A DNA stretch of 64,000 bases from Treponemataceae bacterium (GCA_963667725.2 CAXXHO010000005.1:352001-416000); one strand, 5' to 3'; counted from the first letter of the stretch, positions 32,299 to 42,974 are shown. Translations and numbers: made by a program. Notes: a model not told the origin generated them from the sequence alone.

Positions 32299-33054
32299 CT
32301 AGAACAGATGCTTTATCCTGCCGATGTATTCGTCCTGGTATTTGACGTTCGCCTCCTCCCCGCCCGGAACATTGGCGCTCTGCCATAGAGGCGGCGCGAA
32401 TCCGTGATCCAATAGGTATCGCACCGTCTCGACCACGAGGAGATTTACGGTAAAACAGTTCGCCAAGGTGGAACTCGGCGCTACTTTCTGCTCCAGCCCT
32501 TCGAATTCGACGACGGCGTCGCCATAGGGCATGCAGGAATTCACGAATACGTCAACGATTTCATGGAGATTCTTGCCGCTCGCATGTCGGGCCGGATGTC
32601 CCTCCGGCACTTTCTCGCCAAATGACGGCGATGTCACGCCGATGGACTTGACGCCCCGCTCTTTCGCCTCGAGCGCCACCTCGATGGTCATGCTGTTGAT
32701 GCCGTACGCGTTCACGATGATGATCAAGCCATCCACGATGCCGTAGGCGTCCAGAACCGCTTTCGCGTATCCGCTCGATCTTTCCACGAAATTCGAGCGC
32801 AGGGCTCCATGGATGAGGGCTGTGCCGGGGTCGAGAATCGCGTTTATGGGAACGAGGCCGCCAGCCCGCCAGAACATTTCTTCCGCTCCGAGGTTTGAAT
32901 GTCCCCCTGTGCCAATCACATGTATCAGCTTATCTTCCATTATGGTCGAACCCATAAGTTCGGCCGCTTTTCCGATCGATCCCGACGGATCGGCGAGAAT
33001 CGTTTTGTACATTGAAACGATTTTTTGATAATATTGTTCCGAATAAACCGACAT
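32299..33054 (-). CDS. SIS-domain sugar isomerase (UPF0309-like)
   Basis: GTGGHS, EEMFWRAGGL, SANVPGG. Confidence 0.8.
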   Translation of the reverse strand: MSVYSEQYYQKIVSMYKTILADPSGSIGKAAELMGSTIMEDKLIHVIGTGGHSNLGAEEMFWRAGGLVPINAILDPGTALIHGALRSNFVERSSGYAKAVLDAYGIVDGLIIIVNAYGINSMTIEVALEAKERGVKSIGVTSPSFGEKVPEGHPARHASGKNLHEIVDVFVNSCMPYGDAVVEFEGLEQKVAPSSTLANCFTVNLLVVETVRYLLDHGFAPPLWQSANVPGGEEANVKYQDEYIGRIKHLF

Positions 33055-33077
33055 ATGACTCCTGAAGGAACCCATTA

Positions 33078-33121
33078 GTTGTATTACAACACAATTATAA
33101 TATGCTTTCACCGGCTGTCAA
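33078..33121 (-). promoter_or_regulatory. Promoter of the sugar operon with a GntR/FadR-type operator
   Basis: Minus-strand TTGACA (33121-33116), N16, TATAAT (33099-33094), followed by the palindrome GTTGTA-T-TACAAC (33078-33090). Confidence 0.7.
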
Positions 33122-33246
33122 TAAAAAACTGCGGCATTGTACGAATAATAATTAAATATCGATTGAATCTATTATGGTATATCAATTTATACCATATCAG
33201 CTCTATCGGTTACGGAAAATTTTCAAAAATTGACAATTAAAAATAA

Positions 33247-34026
33247 ATGGATTACGATTATATCGATGTCATACAACTAGGAAGGATGGAGTCAGTGCAA
33301 CGATTGAACAGTACCAATCTTCTGGAAGTCGCGCGAACTTATATAAAAGACTACATCGTCGGCAATAATCTCAAAAGCGGCGATCCCCTTCCTACTGAAA
33401 AAGAGCTTTCGTCCACGCTGGGATTGAGCAGAACCGTCATAAGGGAAGCGCTGAAAGGGCTGCAGGAACTGGGAATAACCGAGTCCATACAGGGGAAAGG
33501 CCATTTCCTGCGCGAATTCAACTTCGACGCGGCGCTCACCAGTTTCGATTTCATCATCAAACCCAGCCTGCGAAGCTTTAAAGATCTCCTCGAAGTAAGG
33601 ATGTACCTGGAATCCGTCTTTCTTACGCGCGACGTATTCCTGTTCACCAAGGACGATTTCGACGAACTGGCCGCTTTAATCGACGACATGAAGGCGCAGA
33701 TCGACAAAGGCGTTGAAGAAGACGAACTCATCAACATTCATTCGCTGTTCCATCAGAAACTGTACAAGCATTCGGGCAATATTTTTCTAAGCGAACTGAT
33801 AGACATGTTCTCCAGCATGCAGCATAAGCTGATAGTCATCCACGGGTATCATACGTCTGACCGGAGGGAATTCGTGCAGGGACATAGGGATATTCTGGAT
33901 TCACTGAAAAGGCGGGAGCCAGAGATGGTGCGCGGCGTGCTAATACGCCATTTTTCCGAACCTCTGACCTGGGTGCAGCAGAGAATACGCGAAGAGAGCG
34001 AGCAGAATCCATCAATTAAGAGGTAA
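33247..34026 (+). CDS. GntR/FadR family regulator; start may be downstream
   Basis: LPTEKEL...SRTVIREAL...QGKG plus FCD domain. Confidence 0.88.
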   Translation: MDYDYIDVIQLGRMESVQRLNSTNLLEVARTYIKDYIVGNNLKSGDPLPTEKELSSTLGLSRTVIREALKGLQELGITESIQGKGHFLREFNFDAALTSFDFIIKPSLRSFKDLLEVRMYLESVFLTRDVFLFTKDDFDELAALIDDMKAQIDKGVEEDELINIHSLFHQKLYKHSGNIFLSELIDMFSSMQHKLIVIHGYHTSDRREFVQGHRDILDSLKRREPEMVRGVLIRHFSEPLTWVQQRIREESEQNPSIKR

Positions 34027-34029
34027 TGT

Positions 34030-35175
34030 ATGAAGTACAGCGGCATCGATCCAGAATCGGGAAAATCCATCGAACTCATCGTCGAAAACGGCCGAATCGT
34101 CGCCATCGAAGAAAAAGTCTCCCGATCGCAAGACCTGCCCTTCATCAGCCACGGTTTCCTTGATATGCAGGTAAATGGTTACAACGGAAGCGATTACAGC
34201 CTTGAAGATCTCGATCGCCGTCATATCGATCGCATCATAAAAAGCCTGGCGGCCTCGGGCACCACCCAGCACGTCCCAACCATAGTAACCCGCGCCAAGG
34301 AACAGATACTGAAGAACCTTCGTATGATCACGCGCTCGAGGCACGAATCCCCCCTTATCGATTCGGCGATCGCCGGAATCCATATCGAAGGCCCTTTTAT
34401 CTCCGGAGAGGATGGACCAAGGGGAGCGCACGATCTCAGATATGTCAGGGATCCCGATTTCGAGGAATTTCTGGAGTGGCAAGACGCGGCGGAAGGGCTC
34501 GTAAAAATCATCACCATAGCCCCGGAACGGGAAGGCGCCCTGGAATTCATCGAAAAAGTCGTAAAGACTGGCGTCATCGCCGCCATCGGCCACTCGGCGG
34601 CGAGTCCGGAGCGAATCAGGGAAGCCATAGCCGCGGGCTGTACCCTTTCCACCCATCTGGGCAACGGAAGCCATGCCAGCGTCCCCCGTCTCAGGAATTA
34701 TATTTGGGAACAGATGGCAGCCGACAGCCTCGCGGCCGGCATCATCGCTGATGGATTTCATCTGCCAGAGTCGGTCGTAAAAGTAATGGCCAGGGCAAAG
34801 GGTCTGAATAACCTCATCCTCGTCAGCGACGTGGCCCTCATAGGCGGATATCCTCGGGGAATCTACAGGTGGGGAAATCTCGACGTTGAAGTCTTCGAGG
34901 ATGGACATATCGGGCTTCCCGGCACAACCTTTCTCGCCGGGGCCGCCCATCTTCTCGATTGGGACATTCCAACCTTCATGCGCTTTACCGGCGCTACCCT
35001 CGGAGACACTATCCACCTATGCACGGTCAACCCCGCCCGCCTTCTCTCGCGCATCCCTTCGGCCGGCCGGCTCGCTCTGGATTCCCCTGCGGACATTGTC
35101 CTGTTCCGTTTCAAAAAAGGCGAGAAAAGGCTGAAGGTGGGAAAAACATTGATCAACGGCGAAGAAATAGAGTAA
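34030..35175 (+). CDS. nagA: N-acetylglucosamine-6-phosphate deacetylase
   Basis: GFLDMQVNG, HIEGPF, GAH, APE, GHS, THLGN, DGFH. Confidence 0.85.
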   Translation: MKYSGIDPESGKSIELIVENGRIVAIEEKVSRSQDLPFISHGFLDMQVNGYNGSDYSLEDLDRRHIDRIIKSLAASGTTQHVPTIVTRAKEQILKNLRMITRSRHESPLIDSAIAGIHIEGPFISGEDGPRGAHDLRYVRDPDFEEFLEWQDAAEGLVKIITIAPEREGALEFIEKVVKTGVIAAIGHSAASPERIREAIAAGCTLSTHLGNGSHASVPRLRNYIWEQMAADSLAAGIIADGFHLPESVVKVMARAKGLNNLILVSDVALIGGYPRGIYRWGNLDVEVFEDGHIGLPGTTFLAGAAHLLDWDIPTFMRFTGATLGDTIHLCTVNPARLLSRIPSAGRLALDSPADIVLFRFKKGEKRLKVGKTLINGEEIE

Positions 35176-35296
35176 GTAAGCCGCGGCGAATCTGCCAGCG
35201 TATTCCTTAAAACCAGTCTCTCAATTTGCCGCCAAAGTAGCATTGTAAGTATAATATAGAGAATTCTTTATATCGTACTTTAAAGGAGCGGCCTAT

Positions 35297-35698
35297 ATGA
35301 AATTTATCCCTTATCTGGTTTTTCAGGGCAAGTCCGAAGAAGCCATGAAGTTCTACGAAAAAGCACTTGGCGGAAAAATCACCGGTCTGCAGCGTTTCGG
35401 CGACATGCCGGGCGAATCCTCCGGCGCCGCCTTCAAGAACTATGTTCTTCATGGAGAATTGGTAGCCGGCGATATCAAAATATATTTCTCAGACTCGGCT
35501 GAAGCGGTCGCGGAAGGAGAAAACGTAACCCTTCTCATCGACTGCTCATCCGAGTCCGAGGTGGATAGGCTCTACAAATCCCTTTCCCAGGGCGGCACAG
35601 TTCAAATGTCCCTTCAAAAGACGTTCTGGAACGCGAAATACGCGAATGTAAAGGATAAGTACGGCATCACCTGGCAGTTGAACTATCAGTTCGCCTGA
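35297..35698 (+). CDS. VOC/PhnB family protein
   Basis: PYLVFQG..EEAMKFY, TFW, DKYGITW. Confidence 0.85.
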   Translation: MKFIPYLVFQGKSEEAMKFYEKALGGKITGLQRFGDMPGESSGAAFKNYVLHGELVAGDIKIYFSDSAEAVAEGENVTLLIDCSSESEVDRLYKSLSQGGTVQMSLQKTFWNAKYANVKDKYGITWQLNYQFA

Positions 35699-35728
35699 AG
35701 CGTCCAACCGCTAAAGCACAAAGGAAGA

Positions 35729-35935
35729 TCAGCTGCTGGTCTTCCTTTTTCTATGTTTCATGAGAAGCTTTTTCGCCCTTTCGTAATCTCGTTCATCGAC
35801 GGATATCGTCACCTCGTTGCCGGAAACGCTCTGTTTGCCTTTCGCGTTCGTCTCATAAGCGATATCCGCTTCCTGCAGAACGGCGGCGAACAAGTCCACC
35901 TTCGCCTTGCTCTCAAAAGTCCAAAGAATCGTCAA
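35729..35935 (-). CDS. Hypothetical protein (68 aa)
   Basis: ORF preceded by GGGGAGG RBS. Confidence 0.55.
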   Translation of the reverse strand: MTILWTFESKAKVDLFAAVLQEADIAYETNAKGKQSVSGNEVTISVDERDYERAKKLLMKHRKRKTSS

Positions 35936-35988
35936 TACAATAACCTCCCCTATGCAAGAATCACTTCCCCGCCGGCGCTCGAATCGCC

Positions 35989-36468
35989 TTATCCTATCTT
36001 TTTCTTCCCACGTTTCTTCTTTCTTTCTTCTTCGATTTTCATGTTTTCATCCTTCCTGAATCTCACGATTCTTCGTATCAGTTGCTCAGGCAAAGACGCA
36101 TCTATCGGAAACTGAATCGCTCCCTTGGAATTCTTATACTCCCCGATTTCTTTTTTGAAATTTTCCACTCCGCTCGGCGCGGGATAAAATCCAATATGGT
36201 TCGCGTATCCGGCAAAATGAACCAGATTGCCGAACAGGTCATAAGTTGGCATTCCGTAAGAAATTTTCTCCCTGGCCTCGGGAACTTCCTCGCTTATAAT
36301 CTTCCTGATCTCATCCAGCCTTTCCTTCGCTTTACCGGAAAATGTCCGTATATAGCTGTCTATAGGGGATTCATTCCCTTCATTTTCCCTTACTTCGATA
36401 GTCCCATTATTTTTCACGGCAGACTTCTCCATGCTTAACAATTTACTCTTGAGCATCGATGAAAGCAA
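35989..36468 (-). CDS. DUF1801/YdhG family protein; start uncertain
   Basis: EKISYGMPTY, HIGFYP, SKGAIQFP. Confidence 0.82.
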   Translation of the reverse strand: MLSSMLKSKLLSMEKSAVKNNGTIEVRENEGNESPIDSYIRTFSGKAKERLDEIRKIISEEVPEAREKISYGMPTYDLFGNLVHFAGYANHIGFYPAPSGVENFKKEIGEYKNSKGAIQFPIDASLPEQLIRRIVRFRKDENMKIEEERKKKRGKKKIG

Positions 36469-36477
36469 TTCCAGCGA

Positions 36478-37272
36478 TCACGATTTGCTTGCATGAAGGA
36501 TTAATGATAACGGAACCCCCTTGTTGTTCAAGGCTGAAAACATCCCATCCGCTATATCGTAGTCGAACTCACGTATCTTCCTGATCGACAATCCGCTTTC
36601 AATAATGGCATTCAGTATGTTTTCTAAGGAATGCGAAAAACTCGTGAAAGTCTTTGACTTGTAGGATTTCCCCGTAATGTAGTGAATTCCCTTGTTTTCC
36701 TTCCATACCTTGCTGAAATACGAATTGACAAGCCTATTGGGGGCCGCTTCGTCATAACCGTCCTCGCCTGGGGCACCTAGCATATTGGTCACAGGATGCA
36801 TTTCATGGATAAAGACTGAACCATCGGCTTTCAGGCACTTCGCTACCATTTTAAAGAATGGTCCCAAATCCCGGAACCAGCAGAGCGCGCCAATGGTGAT
36901 GACTATGACATCGAAGCTGTCATAGTAGGCAGCTTCGATCTTCAGAATATCGGTGGCGATGAATCTGCAATTAATATTTGCCCTCTTCGCGATATCATTG
37001 GCGAATGAAACCTGGTTTTCCGCTATATCGAATCCAATACCCGATTTGAAGCCGAATTTCATGAGCGACATCAGTTCTCTGCCGTTATTGCAGCAAAACT
37101 GAGCGATGGTCATTCCATTCATGTCCAATTTCGACAAAGTCTCGATAAAATTTTTATCCATGAAGGGAAATTTTTCGACATTCAAACGGGTTATGATATC
37201 GGCACCCCAATCGACGCTTCTCTCCTCGAAAGCCTCTTCCCATGCCTCTTTATTGGACTGAATGTAATCCAT
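36478..37272 (-). CDS. Class I SAM-dependent methyltransferase
   Basis: NKEAW, QFCCNNGRE, GALCWFRDL, EMHP. Confidence 0.8.
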   Translation of the reverse strand: MDYIQSNKEAWEEAFEERSVDWGADIITRLNVEKFPFMDKNFIETLSKLDMNGMTIAQFCCNNGRELMSLMKFGFKSGIGFDIAENQVSFANDIAKRANINCRFIATDILKIEAAYYDSFDVIVITIGALCWFRDLGPFFKMVAKCLKADGSVFIHEMHPVTNMLGAPGEDGYDEAAPNRLVNSYFSKVWKENKGIHYITGKSYKSKTFTSFSHSLENILNAIIESGLSIRKIREFDYDIADGMFSALNNKGVPLSLILHASKS

Positions 37273-37294
37273 GCGCGTCTCCTGATTTATCCTG

Positions 37295-38095
37295 TCATCG
37301 ACCGGCGATTAAAGTGAAAGTCTTCGGAATTCCCCTGTCGAATACTTCGCTTGATTGATTGGGCTCTTCTTTCAGGCTGCGGATAATCAATCCTTCCTCA
37401 GCCATGGACGTCACTATTTCCCCAAGCGTCCATTTTCGAATATAGACAAATTGCTTGATTTCCATCGAATCCAGATGCTTGCCGTAGGCGACTTCTACCT
37501 TTTCGATGCTTTTATCAAAATAGTCGCCGGTGATTTTATACTTTCTGATCTTTGCGGTAGATCCACGATAGCTAATCAGCTTTGTGGAAACAGGATGGAA
37601 ATCTTTCAGGATGAATAATCCCTCATTATTCAGCATATCGAATGCGATTTTCATGAAAGGGTTCAGATCGGTGAAATAATGAATAATCCCCATTTCAGCC
37701 AGGACTATATCGAATGTACGGTTATCGACATAGTCCCTTATTTTAAGGATGTCCGACTGTATGTAGTTGATTTTCACCCCTGCCGACGCAGCCACATCGA
37801 GCGCGTATCGCCTATTTTCCTCGGAGAAATCAACTATCGTAACTTCCGCCCCCAAGACGGCGAGGGCCACCGCCTTGGTGCCATTCGACCCCATCATATT
37901 CAATATTTTTTTGCCTTTTACCTCGGCAAATACATCTCTCAGCGATGACAATATTTTCTTGGGATCGGCTAATATTTTCCTCGCGATTTCTTCAGGCTTG
38001 CCGAAACGCTCTACCCAGGCGGCGTAGCTGTCTGAATTCCAGGAATTCATGTTTATCGCGTTGATATCCAGGCCGGAGCCTATTTCATTATCCAT
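37295..38095 (-). CDS. Class I SAM-dependent methyltransferase
   Basis: LNMMGSNG, VDFS, DFHP, WTLGEIV. Confidence 0.78.
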   Translation of the reverse strand: MDNEIGSGLDINAINMNSWNSDSYAAWVERFGKPEEIARKILADPKKILSSLRDVFAEVKGKKILNMMGSNGTKAVALAVLGAEVTIVDFSEENRRYALDVAASAGVKINYIQSDILKIRDYVDNRTFDIVLAEMGIIHYFTDLNPFMKIAFDMLNNEGLFILKDFHPVSTKLISYRGSTAKIRKYKITGDYFDKSIEKVEVAYGKHLDSMEIKQFVYIRKWTLGEIVTSMAEEGLIIRSLKEEPNQSSEVFDRGIPKTFTLIAGR

Positions 38096-38150
38096 TACGA
38101 TGCGCTCTCCAATATGATCGGTGACATTCATTCTCCAGGGCGTTATTATT

Positions 38151-38402
38151 CTATCGGGTAAGTTCCTCAAGGTTTTTCAGATACCGTACGGCATGTTTCT
38201 TATCCTCTCCGCACATTTCACGAGATGGCTGGAAATTGCGGCATACGGCGGGATACTTCTCCGTCTCATATAATGCGCATTGCCAATTTTTCCTAAGATT
38301 TATGCATCTTGTCCCGGCGGGTTTTCCCTTTTCCATTCCGGGAATACTTGAGCTGATGGAGATGTGGATGCAGCATGCTGCGCATCCTGGTCTGCATTTC
38401 AT
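38151..38402 (-). CDS. YkgJ family cysteine-cluster protein
   Basis: CRPGCAACC, GKPAGTRC, PAVC. Confidence 0.85.
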   Translation of the reverse strand: MKCRPGCAACCIHISISSSIPGMEKGKPAGTRCINLRKNWQCALYETEKYPAVCRNFQPSREMCGEDKKHAVRYLKNLEELTR

Positions 38403-39190
38403 TGCCCCTCCCCAATCGCTCTGGCATGTATATCGATTTCAATCTTCTTTATGACTCTATATGCCTCAGCCAATAGGGAATCCCCATCTGCGGTTTTTTC
38501 TTTAGGCAATATCTCCATATTCAGGATTCCCCCATATTCTTTCGGAAATCGATGGATAAATGCTTCCCAATCTATTTTGCCTTGATACGGAATCCAATGA
38601 TCGTCGACACGACCGTCATTATCAGATATATGCAGACATAACAGCCTCTCCCGATACTTCTCCATTATTCCGAATTTCAAGTCGCTATAGAGGTTGTCAT
38701 GCGACGTATCGAAGCATAGGCCCAATACAGGATCCTCAATCTCATGAAAAACCTTCTCAAGAACATTGTTCTGCTTAGTGTTTTCCGCCGCGATACGTAC
38801 TTTTCTGTCTTTGGCGTATTCTATAAGTCTTCTAAGCGCGATTAGTCCATATTCATTAGCTTCCTTGATCCTATAGCCTTTGGTCAAATGTATCACAAGT
38901 ATCGGGATTTCATTTTTCGAACAATAATCTATATGTCTTTTAATCTCCAGCTCCGTCTCCCAAGACTTATACTCATCCCATAGACTATTGATATTTCTAT
39001 ATGGAGCATGGGCATACTCAAGAATCAAACCGCAATCTTTAATGATGCTCGGCTTATCCTCCAGATCCATTTCCCGACGATCATCTTCGCCTATCCATAT
39101 AGAGGTTGAATCGAATCCGGCATTTTTGATGGATTTGATCCTTTGAATAAATGTTTGGGGGACGCCATACCAGGAAAACACACCTACCAT
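38399..39190 (-). CDS. Sugar-phosphate isomerase/epimerase family protein
   Basis: AAENT, CFDTSH, LHISDNDG..DDH. Confidence 0.78.
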   Translation of the reverse strand: MVGVFSWYGVPQTFIQRIKSIKNAGFDSTSIWIGEDDRREMDLEDKPSIIKDCGLILEYAHAPYRNINSLWDEYKSWETELEIKRHIDYCSKNEIPILVIHLTKGYRIKEANEYGLIALRRLIEYAKDRKVRIAAENTKQNNVLEKVFHEIEDPVLGLCFDTSHDNLYSDLKFGIMEKYRERLLCLHISDNDGRVDDHWIPYQGKIDWEAFIHRFPKEYGGILNMEILPKEKTADGDSLLAEAYRVIKKIEIDIHARAIGEGQ

Positions 39191-39288
39191 CAGCCTATTA
39201 TATACCTTTTGGGGCTTTCAGGTAATTATCCATTTCTCGATCTTATTGATCGAAGTGCTTTGCGCGGAGTTTTTAGCGGCAACCCATG

Positions 39289-39510
39289 CTATAAATATTT
39301 CTTCTCAAATATATGAAGCGTTTCATGAAGTTTTTCATGCGTTCCTTTCCCCATTACCTCCTCTTCATAATCCTCGAAGCTCTCCAGTAGTTCAGCCTGC
39401 TTTTCTTTTGGTATCATCTTATCCGCTATAGGAAACAAGACAGTATTCTCTTTTACGATATGATTTCTCAAAAGTTCGATATATTCTGCAGCGCTTGCGA
39501 TATATCCTTT
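39289..39510 (-). pseudogene. Hemerythrin-domain protein, 3' fragment
   Basis: YIELLRNHIVKENTVLFPIAD...HEKLH; the N-terminal half is missing. Confidence 0.65.
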
Positions 39511-39538
39511 ATAATGGAATCAGCGAGAGAAGCCATCC

Positions 39539-40439
39539 TTATTTTTTCTTGATCAGCGCGTGCCAATCCTCGATGGAATGACGTTGATAGCCTAAAAAGG
39601 CCTGCGTACTCTTAGTATCATACCAATCCAGATAGTACGAATTATTGTCTGTTGGGAAAAGTGACTCGTCCGAGATCCGCAACCCTAAAGGCTCAAAAAC
39701 GCTTTTAATGAATTCTTTCACTATAGTCTGGCACCCTTTCAGTTTTCCTCCAGCAATAAAGCCTTTTACCCCCACCATTTCTTTGGCTTTCAACATCTTT
39801 TTCGCTGTCGAAACAAGCGCGAACGCTACATCTATATCAAAGACAATTTCGCAACGTGCGTTTAGAGGCATGTCAAATAAAATTTTAGCCATAGATAAAA
39901 GACTAGCTATGTTAATAACGGTAGGTAACACTGCCGAAAGCCTTAGAATGCAGAAGGGAAGGCCTAATTCCACTATTAATTTTTCTGCGTCTATTTTGGT
40001 GCTCGAATAGACATCAGACGCTATAAGGCAGTCATCGGGCAATATCGGAGAATTCCTATCCTGCGTATGTCCCATTACGCTTGCAGAAGATATTTCGATA
40101 ATAGCGGATTTATGTATTTCTTCTCTTAAAGCTTTTATTACATTTTTTGTTCCGTCAACATTTACTTCTTTACATAATCCCGGTTTTTCCTCGCTAACTG
40201 GAGGAAGAATTGCAGCCATATGAATTACAATATCTTGATCGGTTACCGCCTTTCGTATTTCTTCGTAGTTGAGAATGTTTCCTAAAAATATCTTTACGCC
40301 CTTAGCGGTATACTTTTTTGAATTCTTAATATTTTCTTCTCGGTACATCGAAAATGGTGGCATCATAGCCACGTTTTAGGCATTCCTCTACTACCAAAAG
40401 GCCAATATTCCCGAATCCACCGGTAATAAGTATTTTCAC
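39539..40439 (-). pseudogene. NAD-dependent epimerase/dehydratase, frameshifted
   Basis: GTG at 40439 gives MKILITGGFGNIG...FDVPRRKY-stop. The remainder (HMAA, YSSTK) lies in a different frame. Confidence 0.75.
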
Positions 40440-40463
40440 TTTGGTAATTTAGGTTGCCTTCAT

Positions 40464-40904
40464 CTAAAGATCCACTATCTCCAATTTAATGTATTTCTTC
40501 TTAAGATAATTGGTTATGACTCTTCTATGACATTCGCTTGCATTCTCTTCGTTGCATAATAAACACGCTCTGTTCAGTTCGGATTCTTTAAATATATTTT
40601 CAGCTCTTCTTTGCTCAAGAATCTTTGAAAATTCACTTTCAAATTCGCTCATGGTTATCTTCTTCTCTCTTTTTGCTACCATTAGTTCTTTGGTCGGCGC
40701 AAAATCCTTTTCATAGATGTACTTTATGTCCGCGATTTCCTTCAAGAAATATTTAAAATCATTTTTCTTCGTAAATCCAGCTAATTGATTAGTATTGCTT
40801 AACCTTATGTCAATTATTTTCTCAATATAATATTCCTTCAACAAATCAAATAATTCTCTTGCGCTTTTTCTATTGGATCCGATGGTATACAGTATATTCT
40901 TCAT
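40464..40904 (-). CDS. DUF488 family protein
   Basis: YTIG, IDIR, APT, LLC.E....CHR. Confidence 0.85.
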   Translation of the reverse strand: MKNILYTIGSNRKSARELFDLLKEYYIEKIIDIRLSNTNQLAGFTKKNDFKYFLKEIADIKYIYEKDFAPTKELMVAKREKKITMSEFESEFSKILEQRRAENIFKESELNRACLLCNEENASECHRRVITNYLKKKYIKLEIVDL

Positions 40905-40955
40905 AAAACTACATCCTCCATATAGCTTGAATATGATCTAACGCTAGGAATCAAC

Positions 40956-41612
40956 TCATCTATTTTTAATGGCAAGCTTTAGTTCTTTATAGCTATCGTA
41001 GATCGTTGAATGGACTATCATTGTAGGGTCGAACTTCAATATGCTAAATGTACTTTGTATGCAAAAGCCAATCGCAAAACCAGATATTACTGTCCCAATC
41101 CCCACCATACCGCCCAAAAGCCACCCTAGTATTGTGGCAGTCAGCTCAATTATACTTCGAATGATTCCTATCGGAAGCTTGATCTTTCGTGCTAATGCCA
41201 CCATTAAGCCGTCACGAGGCCCTGCTCCAAAGCCAGATCCAATATAAAAATAGGATCCTAATGAAATTATATATAGTCCCGCTATTAATACCAAAACTCC
41301 CAAATACGTATTTTCAATTATTGGCACAATATCGCTTAATAGTATAATATCAAGAAATAATCCTATTAAAATCATGTTGAGTATTGTTCCGACGCCTATT
41401 TTTTCACCCATAAATAACGTAATGGCGATAATAATGATTCCAACAATTATACTCGCTTCACCTATGCTGATTCCAACTGACACACCTAACCCAACATGAA
41501 AGACTTCCCAGGGTCCATATCCAATATTTGCTTTTATCGTAAATACTATTCCTAAAGCGTAAAGGAAAAGCCCACATATCAATTTGCAGAATTTCAGTAA
41601 AATTTTTGGCAT
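40956..41612 (-). CDS. YczE/YyaS/YitT membrane protein
   Basis: GYGPWEVF, GAGPRDGLM, GIGT. Confidence 0.85.
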   Translation of the reverse strand: MPKILLKFCKLICGLFLYALGIVFTIKANIGYGPWEVFHVGLGVSVGISIGEASIIVGIIIIAITLFMGEKIGVGTILNMILIGLFLDIILLSDIVPIIENTYLGVLVLIAGLYIISLGSYFYIGSGFGAGPRDGLMVALARKIKLPIGIIRSIIELTATILGWLLGGMVGIGTVISGFAIGFCIQSTFSILKFDPTMIVHSTIYDSYKELKLAIKNR

Positions 41613-41674
41613 TATGACGGAATCTCCTTGTCTACTATCGTGAAATTTTGCCTCAGTGCGTTTGCCTTATGTCG

Positions 41675-42265
41675 CTATAGGTTAGGAACAGGTTCAAGAG
41701 TCCTTATTTCTTCTTTAACCGTTTCACTTTCAATACTATCAATAAACCACTTTTTCTCATACTCATTCATTTTTTCCAATGCTTTTGAAATGCCATCCTT
41801 ATCCTCGTTTCTCAATTCCTCGGTTTTATACAACAAGGCTATTTCCGGACACAAATAGGGAATTCTATTATCGGTAAATCTAATTACATTGCTTCTTTCA
41901 TGTTTTATTTTATTATTTCTTCCATAAATCCAATCGACATCATCCTTTTCATTCAGCAATATTTTTATCTCGGAACCTTCATATTCAATACATAGCTCAC
42001 GTATTGGCAATCTTAGATATTCTTTTTTCCATTCTTTCTTCTCAAATTTTCCTATACGGCTTCTATTATCAATATAGCATTTTTTATATTTTCCTAAATA
42101 TCTGAATAACTGCATTTGCTGCTCTCTATAAATCCCAATCTCAATATCATCATGGATCCTTGTTTCTTTATCAAGAAAAAGTTCAATCGCCCAGTCGCCC
42201 ACAATAAACCACGGATATCCAAACTTGTTCATCATGTTTTTTACTTTAATACACATTTCAAACAT
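41675..42265 (-). CDS. Nucleotidyltransferase (ANT(2'')-like fold)
   Basis: WFIVGDWAIE...RIHDDIEI, PYLCPEIALLYK. The usual GG motif appears as GD. Confidence 0.65.
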   Translation of the reverse strand: MFEMCIKVKNMMNKFGYPWFIVGDWAIELFLDKETRIHDDIEIGIYREQQMQLFRYLGKYKKCYIDNRSRIGKFEKKEWKKEYLRLPIRELCIEYEGSEIKILLNEKDDVDWIYGRNNKIKHERSNVIRFTDNRIPYLCPEIALLYKTEELRNEDKDGISKALEKMNEYEKKWFIDSIESETVKEEIRTLEPVPNL

Positions 42266-42467
42266 ACAATCTCCAATACGCCGGGTTATCTTTCTTTCTT
42301 TTTTGTAGATTTTACTATTACAGGCATATTTGCCCACTTCACTAAGGAATGATTCCGATAATTATTATCGCGTCGTAAAAATTCCACCAAATCCACCAAC
42401 TCTTTTTTTATTTGAATAATAGTATGAATTCCCCAACAAACGGTACACCATACTTAATCGCAATTGA

Positions 42468-42974
42468 CTACTCTTTTTTATCAATCTGCATTTCCCAATA
42501 TCCTACATCTAACCATTCATCGTTCTTATAGCCGACTTTCGAAAAATGCGCTGCCTTCTTAAATCTAAAACTTTCATGAAGCTTAATACTGTTTTCGTTT
42601 GGCAATGCTATCACAGCCATAAGCACATGTATATCTTTTTTATATGTCTTTTCTATAAGGTTTTTTAGCAATGCTTTACCTATACCTCTTCTTATTGCAT
42701 CATTTTTTACATACACCGTATCTTCCGCCGTAAATCTATAAGCCGATCTTTCTTTCCATTTGCTTATATACGCATAGCCTAATACTTTTTCATCTTGTTC
42801 ATACACGATCCAGGGATATAATTGGCAAACTCCACGTATTCTCCGCTCCATTTCATTTTCGGGTATTCTTTTCTCTTCAAATGAAACATTAGTATTCTCC
42901 ACATAATAGTTATAAATTTCGCAAATAGACACAATGTCTATTTTTTTTACGTACCGTATATGTTCATCGATCAT
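42468..42974 (-). CDS. GNAT acetyltransferase (Pat/YncA-like)
   Basis: IYNYYV..T.VSFE, RSAY, LPNENSIKLH, WLDV. Confidence 0.85.
   Translation of the reverse strand: MIDEHIRYVKKIDIVSICEIYNYYVENTNVSFEEKRIPENEMERRIRGVCQLYPWIVYEQDEKVLGYAYISKWKERSAYRFTAEDTVYVKNDAIRRGIGKALLKNLIEKTYKKDIHVLMAVIALPNENSIKLHESFRFKKAAHFSKVGYKNDEWLDVGYWEMQIDKKE

Noticed and set aside
35702..35712. attC remnant GTCCAAC after the VOC gene
   Set aside because: A 7-mer alone without an L box could easily be chance.
41675..42265. Functional aminoglycoside resistance gene
   Set aside because: Only fold-level resemblance, and the GG motif is altered.
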